Part shown: positions 1 to 10,793 of the stretch, in pieces | Layout: every line of letters starts with the position of its first letter | Position numbering within the stretch: position 1 is the first letter of the stretch | Assembly (NCBI GenBank): GCA_000182565.2 | Contig: KQ257450.1 | Length of the DNA stretch: 64,000 nt | Direction: 5' to 3' (one strand) | Source: Spizellomyces punctatus DAOM BR117 | Taxonomy: Eukaryota | Notes under the pieces: generated by a model | The model's input: the letters and a program-made list of their open reading frames with translations, nothing else | Told to the model about the DNA's origin: nothing | Databases searched by the model: none | Made by a program: the position numbers and the translations under genes

Positions 1-267
1 ACGTTGGAGAGAAAAGAAGGAGGCGTGCGTGGAATCGCGTCCGGCGTGCAGCTGCTGCGCAATCCACAGAGACATGGAAAAGTCTTTGGGGGCATTTCGG
101 TTTCCTTGCAAGCTGTTGATTTCCAGGCAATTCCACCAGAGATCGAGATACCACCAGCTATGCCACCTCCCGTTGACGTTAACCAAGAGTTGACCTTGGA
201 AAGGCACCGCAGGCACAATTTCAGCACTCGGCATTCAAGAGTAATATATGCGGAAAGTCCGTACTAA
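1..267 (+). CDS. Possible 3' end of an unknown gene entering from the left edge
   Basis: Frame 1 is open from the window edge to ...VIYAESPY and ends in stacked stops TAA TAA TGA. Pro-rich, with no recognisable domain. Confidence 0.3.
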   Translation, partial: TLERKEGGVRGIASGVQLLRNPQRHGKVFGGISVSLQAVDFQAIPPEIEIPPAMPPPVDVNQELTLERHRRHNFSTRHSRVIYAESPY

Positions 268-1175
268 TAATGAATAGATCCTCTGCATCAATGGTTGAGA
301 AATGAACAAAACCCTTTCCTGTGACCTGAGATTTGGTTGATACTCCTTCGCCACTCGAATAATCCCCAAGTTCACGTTGCATAGGTAGAGTCATCCCAGT
401 GTATTGCCTTCGAAGGTTGTTCTATGATGCCGCACCTCAGTTAATGAGATCTTGCCTGCTTGATATATATCTACCTTGACCCAACACTGAACTGATTGCC
501 AGAGGCATGCCACACTCAATATTTGGGAGTAACAGGAATTGGGAGCCCTCTTGTAAAAGCAAAAGACACGATACTTTACTCCCTTCCATCCAGCGACGGC
601 CCCGAGGAAATTCACATATCAGGGGACGTTTGAAAACGCAATGCAATTCTGCCTAGTGCTCAGAGTTTGGATTATGCAGAGTTTCTGGATGTGCATCATT
701 TGGAATCCGTTTTGTGGCGGAACATGATATCCTTGTTTTTTACGTGAACCATGGGGCGACGAGTTAATCACAACCATGGAAATAATCCTCATTTTGAGGG
801 GCTGGAAGGGATGTGAGGATATTGTAAAGGATTGGACCGATCCCTGAGGGAACAGGGGAGACTGAAGAACGCGGGAACCCCAACGTGTTAACCCCTTTAC
901 CCCCTTCGAGCAGCCCACGCGAGTGTCTCACGCGGGTGTCCGGTACCCAGACGCCTGCCAGACGCGAGCATAATCGTTCCGCTCTCGTCTATAATATGAC
1001 ACACAAAACCACCTTGTCCACACAATGTATATGAACATCAAGATGACTCAAAGGAGGAAAACAAACCAAAAAATGTCGATGCATTCTGAGCCTTTATTCA
1101 TTCATATGTCACAACAGCACCTGTCGCTTCCAGACCCTCGATCAGCCTTTGCGTGCACAATGCTCCTTTGCATGC

Positions 1176-4100
1176 TTAGCGTCGCCGATTGCGGTATGGC
1201 TGTTGTGGATGGGATGGTGGTGGATATGGCATGCCCTAGAACCATGAGAGAACTAGGTGAGAACCATGTCCGAAAAATCATGGTGAGAACCGCAAGTTAC
1301 CATGGGTCCAGGGGGAGGGCCGTATCCATAAGGGGGCACGCCGTGACCCATCGAAGGTGGAATGTATGGTCCGTCCCGAGGATGTCGCATTCTCTATAAA
1401 AGTATGATAGATGAAAAATGTGCACTAGTTATCTCGTACAAAAATAAAGCTTACAGGTGGAGGGTATGGCTCCATTCGCTGCTGCTGGCGTCTGCCATGT
1501 GCCTCCCCAAGACCTCTTCGAGATAGCGGCCTGTAATGTTCATTGTCAATATAATCGTCCAAAAGTCTCGATACGATAATCTTACCCGTCATTACGGTCT
1601 GGCCTTGGACGTTCTCCTTCCTGACGGGAACGCTCTTGAGACACCACTCTTGATCCACTATCCTCACCATGGCGCGGATTGTATGAGTCCCTGCGAGGAA
1701 TCTCTTCTCGGCGGAAAGAGTCTCCACGCGGGGGCTCTGCTCTATGCGCGTCTTGTGTCCGTACAGGTTCGTCTTGACGCGTTTCATCTCTGAGTGGTGG
1801 TTCATCTTTTCGTGAACCTTCTTCTCGCCGTGGTTCAGGTCGTCTACGTACGTCGTCTTCTCGTGGAAGAGATACATCTTTGGCCGTTGAAGGCTGATCC
1901 GGGCGTATCGGTTCATTTCGACGCGCGAGATCATCTCGGCGTGCTAAATTCCCTGCCCTGAAACTATCATCTACCCTACGGTCTTCTCGCAGTGGGGCAC
2001 GATCTCTACGATCCCCGTCGTCCCGACGAAACGCTTGGCCCCGATAAGAATCACCCCTGCGTGGACCTTCATCTCTGCGATCATCACGTCGTGGGCCATT
2101 ACCTGCACGTAAGTCATCATTACGACGTTCATCAACTCTTCCACCATTGTCCTCACGCCGTGGTCTTTCATCTGTGCGAAAAGGAGCATCTCCACCCTGA
2201 ATTTGATTCCCATTTTGAGACCCTTTGTCTCCACGACCTGGATCTCCACGTCGTGGCGTTTCCTCCCTACGCGGGCGGGCACTGTCATCAACGCGAGCAG
2301 GTTCACCTCTGATAATTGGAACCTCGGTATTACGGGATTGTTCGCCTCCTTCGCGCCTTCCTACTGGCCCCGAATCCTCCACGCCACGTGCTGGGTGATC
2401 CCGCCGGACATCATCTCGACCAGGCCGTTGATCGGAGCGTACAGGTGCATCTCTACGTAAAGATACATCCTTGCCCGCTGGCTGTCCTCGCAAGATTTCC
2501 CTGCGATTGGGTGCTCCTTTTGGATCATAATGGTAAGGATTGTCGTCAGCAGGAGTTGGAAGTCGCTGCCGGGGATTCTCATCAATGCGCCGCGACAGAT
2601 CTTTCTCGTGGGCTGCATTGAAAGGGATTAACACAGATGGCAATACGCATAGACCACGACACCTCAATCTGGTGTACCTGGGTCCCAATGATCAAGTTGA
2701 GCAAGTCTGGAAGGGTGAATCATTGGCTGTCCAGGAGTGGAGGTCACAAACGCAGTCGCCTTTTCCTGTCCAGCCTCCCGTGTTGCTGCTGCCGGCCTAG
2801 AGAGATCACAAGAGATATTTGTGTGAAGAAGTGTCCACGTAATAGACAAAGAGACACATTTGTCGCAACGCATACCTGTCTGCAGGCACATATCGATCTC
2901 CAGAGGACGGTTTTACACCCAGAGGAGGAGCCCTCTCAGTAGGCGTTCTGCCACGAGGTACAAACCTGTCCCACTGTGCTCTAGCAGGTGGGATCGGATT
3001 CGCCGGTGCTCCTTTGTGAGACATAGCATACTTGCATTCTTCATCAAGAAGACGGCACAAATCATTGCCAGCATCTTCGGAAATTTCCTACCACCATCTC
3101 ATAAGCAACTAGCAGAACACGGGGTTGACTAGGAACCTCAAGAACGTACCTCCCCGTCGTCGCTAAGCTTCACAGACTTGCCCTCGGCCAAGCTGTTAAT
3201 GATAGGGGCTAACTTGCCTTGATGAATATCCCCACTTGGGAAAAAAAAAACTCAGCATAGGACACTCAGTTGGGTATTCAAACAGTAAATCCTCACATTC
3301 CAGACCACTTTGTGCCAAAAGGCTTGTCGAAACCTTCTCCAAAATCATTTCCAGGACCACTAACGCCACCAATATCGGTCGTCATTCTGGCATACCCTGA
3401 GGGAAAATGTCGGTCAAATGATTCAGACGCGAAACAAATGCTAAAACCACCCTACCTTGCCAACGTCGGCTACCCTTTACTGTAAAAAACAGCATCACGT
3501 CCCGAGAATTCTTTTGTAAGTACCGAAAAGAGTTAGTCACGTCCCCATAATGCAAGATGGCAGACACACTTACCCGATATGCCTCACTCAATTTTGTTGA
3601 AATCGCCGGAGTCGTGGCAAAAGCGTTCTGTATATGAATATCGTGTCAGCAGACGAATTCTGCAGCCGCAAACAAGCTATGCGCGACACGAAACGTACTG
3701 TATTTTGAGACTGTTTGATCATGTCATAATTGGGACTTATCAGCACAAAGTAGCGAATGGGTTTTGCGGCTTTATCATCCTCTATTGATCGAATGAGTTA
3801 GTCAACGCTCTCGTACCGTAGCGAGGAGATAGCATATCAGGAACAGTATCGTCACGTTTACCATTTACTGGAGGAGGTGGACCTTCCACTCGGGGTCGCT
3901 GGGGTCTTGTTTCCGCGCCTCTTTCCGCGATTTCACGCTTTCGCTTCCGTGCAGCATCGGAAGGTTCGACTTTGGGACCCAAGCGCTCAGTGATTGCTGA
4001 CGCGCGAGCTTCTCCGCTCCCCGTGGCTTTGGGCAAGGCAAGACTGTTGGATCCGGTATCTTTCGTACTGGGCGACGGTGTTGCGGGTGGCGCCTGATCT

Positions 4101-5856
4101 TGAAGTAGCCCCAGCGCTCTAGCTCGGTCCGGATGCATGCCGAGAACTGGTACACTGGCGACATCTGAAAGCTCCGTCGCCGTCTCCTGGGGTGCGGACG
4201 ATTGGCGTGTATTCGATTCCTTTAGATAGAGAAGTACCACCGAGGAAGTGATGGTTCGACGTAGGCAAATCGTCAGTTGATGCTGCAGTGCTTTCAAACC
4301 GCTGCTCAGACGCCTCAGACCCTGCCAGACATGCCCACCCAACCCTGAAGCGTCTCAACTGTCATTGGTCATGCATTTGCTGCGATTCAGCCGGTTCAGC
4401 ACAGCGATGTGGTACGGGCGCCGCGGCTCTCTGCACGATTACGCATCACCGACCGCTCGCCCCTAACCTCAGCGCCACCCAGTACCTTCGCTTCCCCCCA
4501 AATCCGGTCCCAGAGACTTCTGAACCAGAACGCTTTCTCGCCGTCCCACCCAAACCGGCCAGCCCAAAAACATGCTGAAACTGTTGCTGGAAATACGCAA
4601 TCGTGATCTGTACCTTTTTGAGCTCTTCGACCTGGTGCGGCTTTTGCTGGTCTGACGTCGTTCCGCGGCCGAGCGGCCTATCTTCCCGATCTTCGGGATC
4701 AGCTGGGCGATTGCGACCGACTTTATCCTGTACCATATCACGCGCAGGGGCTCGTCGTTCGGACCTCAGAGGCAATGACGAACCTACTTGCTTGTCAGCA
4801 GAATGTGAATCTTTCTCCGATGCGACTGAACGCGAAGAAGACTGACGAATTTCGGGTCTTTCAACATCCTCTCGGTCCCGTGTGCCAGCTGCCTTCTGTC
4901 GGCCATTAGCATCGTCACGAGCATCACGGTGACGGTCCCGGCTTTCATGAGTCTCCCTAACAGGAGTTCTACCTGAGTCCCGCGGAGGACGTGAAAGAGC
5001 TTGATGATCTTCTCGGGGATCGGGTCGTCGTGGTGGAGTGCGACGAGACGACGTTGCCGACTCACCACGCTTCTCAACTGGCTGTGTAGATCTGACTGCA
5101 TCTCGTACCTCTGGATACATGTCCGCCTCTCTACGTTGTCTGGGAGCATCTACGGAGACGACATCAGGAGAAGGATAAGAAAGGAACTAAGAGGTGCTTC
5201 CTGATGTTGCTTCCGTACCGTTTGTCCTTTCCTGGCTCACCGTCGATTCATGACTGCGCACTGGCGTTCTCGCTGATGGACGCTGCTCTCTGCGCGGAGG
5301 AGACCTCCTCGGAGACCTTGGACGATCGACACCACGGTCCACCCGCGGCTGTCTGGCGCCCCTGTCGTTCAGGCGACGGTCCCGGTGCCTGTCTGTGTCT
5401 GCCCTCTCTCTGCTCCTCTCCCGCTCCCTGTTCCTTTCCCTCTCTCGGTCTCGCTCTCTTTCTCGGTCTCTTGAACGCTCCATTTCCCTGTCCCCCGGAT
5501 CTCCAACCTTCCGAGGAGCGTTGCCATCGTCGCTCAATCGAGTGGGTCGTGCGATAGGTTCGTCTCTCTCAATTCGACTACGTTTATAAGATCTTTCTGA
5601 TGCTGAAAGTGGAGGATCCCGCTGTCTAGCGGACAATCTCCCGTCACCGTGACTTCGAGGAGGAGATTGGCTGCGCGTTCTTCTTCTGCAAGACGACGAT
5701 CGCGTCAGTATTTTATGCAGCCAAACATACTTAGAGGAATGCTTACTCTGATGCAGCTGTCTCTGTCCTTGGATGTTTGGCGTCAGAGTAGTCAAAGTCT
5801 AGCTCGTCATCCTCGTCGCCTAAAATGTCGTCGAGAATATTGACGGTTCCAGACAT
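1176..5856 (-). CDS. Large multi-exon YTH-domain RNA-binding protein with Arg/Asp/Glu-rich low-complexity regions (YTHDC1-like architecture)
   Basis: ATG at 5856 (MSGTVNILDDILGDEDDELDF). Spliced exons at about 3040-3765 give RYFVLISPNYDMIKQSQNT/NAFATTPAISTKLSEAYR/NSRDVMLFFTVKGSRRWQG/YARMTTDIG...DIHQGKLAPIINSLAEGKSVKLSDDGE/EISEDAGNDLCRLL, which is colinear with the YTH fold. RE/RD-rich flanks. The last exon GMPYPPPSHPQQPYRNRRR ends at TAA 1176. Confidence 0.8.
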
Positions 5857-6171
5857 TCTCGTTGCGACCGTTATCCTAATGTCGACAAGATGTGAGACAT
5901 ATGCCCATACATACCATGATTCCAGCATCCATGTCTTGTATCTGTCCGTCACTTACACTAATCTGCTTGTCGAGATTTGCCAAAACGATGGTAGGAGCTG
6001 CAGTTGAAAGTCGTGAGTGCAAGCAAAAACGTGTCAGCGCACGAAATCGAAATATTCAAAAGGTGACTTTGCCACATTCGAACCAATTCCGTTGACGGCT
6101 CGTTGCTTCTGCCATCTTCCCCATTCGTCTTTTCCATTTGTTTTTGCAAAAGGAATGTCAATGTCTACTGT

Positions 6172-7614
6172 ATGGATATGGTACGTGTGCTGCTCAGCGT
6201 AATGTATTGTGTACCGGCTTGACGTTATCTCTCACATCACATTATGTAGAGCTTTTCACCAGGTGGACGCCGACATGTTTCTGCCCCAGGTCCGAATGGT
6301 CAGATAACATTGCATATCCGTAAGAGGCTTAACCTTCAATGAATATCTTATAGGTGGCGATAGCCTGGGGAATATATTTGCCGATACCCCTCCTTCCCCT
6401 GTGCCGAGTCGACGTATCTTACATAGTCCGGGTGGACGAAGCTCTTTGGACTTGTTCACCGACTGTGCTACACCCGAGGCACCCAGATCTTCAATCAAGC
6501 TGGCTGCTCCGCCAGGTTGGTCAAAAAGTTTCAAAATAGTGGCCTTTCATTTTTGTTTCCTATTATTTTGGTAAACCTCTGTCCTTTTGAAGGCGGCCAA
6601 ACATCTGTAAGCCTCGCTGGCGGTGGTACGCCAAATATGACACGGTCGATAAAAGTGATACAGCCTGCAGGGGGGATTACTTCGGTTAGTTTAGATGGTG
6701 CCGGAGAATTGGATCTTTCGCCTTCCATCAGACCAATGGCACCGCCTGGTACGTTTGATGCGTCATTACCATGACGATCATCTCGACCTCTAATGGTTAT
6801 CTCTATGTAGGCGGTAAAACGTCCCTGAACTTGGATGGTTCGGGGCAGGTACCTGTCTCGCCTCACATCCGAACCATTGCCCCTCCAGGTGGGTGTACTC
6901 ATGCGTGTAGAGTAAAATGGTGGGACATTGTTGAGTCCTGAAACTGCATTGAAATCAGGTGGCAAAACCTCGTTGACATTGGACGGAGCTGGCCAAGTGC
7001 CAATTCATTCGTCAATCAAAACTCTGGCTGCACCCGGAGGGATAGCAACTGTTAGTCTCGCGGGTGCAGGTTCACCTCCACATACTCCAAGCATTCGGAC
7101 CCGTCATGCACCCGGCGGTCCAACGACGTTGGACCTAGCAGGACGAGGAACCGAACCCATGACTCCTCCACCATCCATCAAACCGCGAGCACCACCGGGT
7201 GGTGTTTCAAGCTTGGACCTAAGTGGCAGTGGAAGCCCGGATGGGCGGTCATTTAGTGGACGGCGCATGGTCATATCACCCCGAGGATCGAATGTCATTG
7301 GGCCATATGACGATGAGACCGAAGAGGGGATACAATCCCTGACTGAGCGATTCCAGGCTGCTGAACTGTATGAGGGAGAGCAATTGCCGGGACGTCGACC
7401 GAGTTGGAAAGACCGTCATGAAGAGGAGGATGATGAGTTTGTACCAGGTGCATTAGCCTATCAGTCAGCGCTTCCTCCAGTTCACCGTAGCCAAATTGTC
7501 ATTGGGGACGACAGCCCCGATAGCTCCCCTCTTACACCACAATCCAATGGCAGACCACATCATATCCGCGTCCAGCAAGCACCGGGCGGTACGAGTAGCA
7601 TATCATTCATGTAG
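6172..7614 (+). CDS. PGG-repeat protein (Jupiter/HN1/SPIRAL1-like motifs), putative microtubule-associated protein
   Basis: Exons 6172-6180, 6250-6289, 6354-6515, 6593-6748, 6811-6888 and 6959-7614 join in frame with GT-AG introns. They encode about 10 repeats of [S/H]I[K/R]xxxPPGGx[T/S]S[L/V]xL and end in RVQQAPGGTSSISFM*. Confidence 0.75.
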
Positions 7615-7960
7615 AATATAGAAATTCCTCAAAACACAAAAATTTAGACTTTTTGACTCCCGCGTGGTCCGTCTTTGTGGCACAGTTGTGCACATGGATG
7701 GCACAGTCATGCGATACTGTCTCTCGTGAGCGCAGATTGTGTTCGTTTTTTGCTGGGCGCAATTTGCTTTGTTTTTATCACGATTTGTTTTTTTTTATAG
7801 CGCTATCGCTCGATTTTGACTTTTTCTGTGTAATTGCGCGGATGGACGTCCGTGGACGGGGAGTGCGACATTGGTGATTTGACGGGGATGTTGGGTTAAC
7901 AGAATTATAAAAGGATGGGGGGGCTTCCCCTCCCCCGTTGACAGGTTGTCACTTGGTAAA

Positions 7961-10617
7961 ATGATCAAGGCTGGTATAGCGGCATTGGTCGGCTTGGCTG
8001 CCTTGAGCGTTGATGCTGCCCCCACACCTGGTAATGTTTTGTGAACGCTTTTGCAGCAGACAGCGACAATGTTATTAAGAGTTTCGATGTAGGCAGCGAT
8101 GGCTGTGCTCAGGTTGCGGCTCAAATGAAACTGACTGGCGGGTGGATAGACCACAAGAATGTCAAGGATTGCCTTGATTCCTTCCCTCTCGATCAAAGAA
8201 TCCGGACTGCCACTGTGGACACACTTCGTAAGGCGGTAGATGGACAATATTCCTTTACTGACATGGTATGTCATGTCGTTTCCATGTCCTATGAAAGTTA
8301 TTCCTGCTGACTCGTTTTCTTTTGACAGGCGTCCATTGCCAGTACCATTGACGGAGGCAAATGGGATTTGAAAGATATCGACCTCTTGCAGAGTTTGGAT
8401 GCATTTGCCAAAAAAAACTATCAGACGGATCGCGAGTTTCATGATGATTTGAACAACCTCTTTCGGGACCTGGGAGATGCTCATACCGGCTACTCGAGTA
8501 AGTAGTAGGACATTCCGCGCCATTGGCCGTTACGTAAGCAACCCCGATGCTAACATGTCTTGCACTTGCTCAGGCTACTGCTACCATTCCGCCTTCACGT
8601 TCCGTCACCCATGGACGTACCGTGTTTTAGTAGGCAAGGACGGGAAACAAATTGTCCAACTCGGTACTCTCGTCGCTCCCAACGACGCCATCTGGGCCGC
8701 CAAGATCAAAGAAGCCATCAAGGTTGATCCCAAGGAGCTCGTCGGTTCCACCATCACGGCCATCGACGGGAAAGATCCTATTGCCTGGGTCAAGGCCTTT
8801 GGTGACAGCCTCATTGGGCTGTCAAAGGACAGCCAGACACGATTCAACCAGGTGACATCCCGGCAGGGTGTCGCAGCGGACGGATCAATCACCACTCGAG
8901 TCGGTGCTGCAAGCTCACGCTCTCGGCTCCCTGTCCCAGAGGCGACCCGGAAGTTGGCGCTTCGATCTGCTGATGGCAAAAACACAACCGAGATAGACGT
9001 CCCTTGGTTTGCGATTGCTGCCCCAACTTTGAAGGCAAACTTTACGGACAGTACATCATTTTATCAAAATGTTTGCATTCGTCCACAACCGACTGGGGCC
9101 CCTACCCGACGGGATGTTGCTGCTATAACTCATAATGATTTCATCAATGTTGCTGAGCAAGAAACAGTAGAGTACAGTGCGGAGCAGTTTGCTGGTTTAG
9201 CCGTATACCCAAACAAAACCGACGGATCTTACGGGAACGGGTTTCCCAAAACCGTCAAGAACGGCATGTACGCATCATTCTTTCTGGTGGACGCCGAGAC
9301 GGGCGTAGCAGCCATGCCCACCTACAGTTCCGACGGCTTTCCAGACAGCGAGTGTATTGGCAAGCTCAAAGATCCCGAGGCGACCGCGAACATCGGTACT
9401 GGGGGTCCGGCTGGTGCTTGTTTCTACGTTTTCATCATGGAAGTTTATGATGGTATCCAGCAGTTGAAGGCGCAGGGTGCCAAACGGTTGATTCTTGACT
9501 GGACCGACAATGGCGGCGGTTGGGGAGACCTTGGATATTTCGCAGTTGCAACCCTGTTCCCAAATGTTAAGCGGGATGTAGCGACATTCCGCATGACTCC
9601 TCTCCTAAAGAAGCTCATGACAGCTGCATTTGAAAAGGATTTGAATGAGACAACCCCGTTGACCATGTTTGGACCATCGAATTTCGTTGACCCAGCTACT
9701 GGACTCAGTCTCACCTCGGCAGATTTGAACCGGCTGATTTTGAAAACGCACAAGGAAACGTTTGGAAAGTATACTTCAGAGTACTCGGACTTTGTTTCAA
9801 TTGTCGACGGAGGAGGAATTGCGGATCCAAAACGCCCTCACAATGCTTGGAATGCAACAGGAATTCCCCCACCCGTTACCCCCGTCTTCCCAGTTGAAAG
9901 TGAGTGTTATACTTTTTTGAGACTTTCATCTCGAGAAATGCTAAATTGTGCATCTGTACAGATGTTGTCGTCCTCACCAATGGACTTTGCGGATCCACTT
10001 GTGCACACTCTGCAAGATTGATTCATGACGAAGTAGGCGTCAAAGTGTTTGTCAAAGGAGGCGAAGCTGGTGCCAAGCCATTCTCCTTCTCCTCTTTCCC
10101 GGGTGGAAATGTCGTCGATATTCCCCAGCTCTTTGATGATCTCAAGCGCATCGGATTGGAGAACGATGCATTGGCCCCGCAACCATTTTTGCATTCAGTG
10201 TCATTGTGGCGTGTGAATGCGGGTGTTGGATACAGCAAACGCAAGGACCTGCCAGCTGAATATTCATATGCTGCTGCCGATTGCCGGATTGATATTACGG
10301 AGGAGACGTTTTTCCCGCCCGGTGCGTGGAAAGTCGCTGCCGAATTGTTGAAGACGGGCTGTGGCCAAGCGAAGCCGACTCCCAGCGGGACACCGACGAC
10401 TGGGCCTGTTGGATACCCCACTGGTATGCCAACCGGCGGTCCAGTTCCTTATCCCAGCGGGACACCTACTGATTCCCCAATTGGATACCCCACCAGCACC
10501 CCATCTGGCTCTCCAGTCGAATACCCGATCGGTACCCCCACTGGCGTTCCCGTTGGAGGAGCTCCTGGGTCCTACCCAATCCCCACACCCAAGCCCAAGT
10601 GCACACGCAAGCAGTAA
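7961..10617 (+). CDS. Secreted peptidase S41 family (CPAF-like/tail-specific protease) protein
   Basis: Signal peptide MIKAGIAALVGLAALSVDA-APT. Motifs LILDWTDNGGG, VVVLTNGLCGSTCA (catalytic Ser region) and SFPGGNV. Several GT-AG introns and a Pro/Thr/Gly/Tyr-rich C-terminal tail. Confidence 0.85.
10381..10560 (+). repeat. Five degenerate 36-bp coding tandem repeats (12-aa unit P-S/T-G-T-P-T-x-x-P-V-x-Y)
   Basis: Units start at 10381, 10417, 10453, 10489 and 10525, e.g. cccagcgggacaccgacgactgggcctgttggatac and cccagcgggacacctactgattccccaattggatac. Confidence 0.85.
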
Positions 10618-10793
10618 TATGCTCATCATTCAGAATTAGACCTCACTAGATAGAAAGATAGTCGATAGATCTCCTAGTATAAGTAAAAGGTGTCATGGAA
10701 AGTATAGTGAAATAAAGAGACCCGACACCAAGCATAGCAACAAATGACAATTAGCACCATAATCTATACAAAAAGCAATACCCCCAACATTAG

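Noticed and set aside
7795-8523. 242-aa minus-strand ORF and other long antisense ORFs (e.g. 13485-14171, 37732-38388)
   Set aside because: They are shadows of well-supported genes on the opposite strand and have no recognisable domains.
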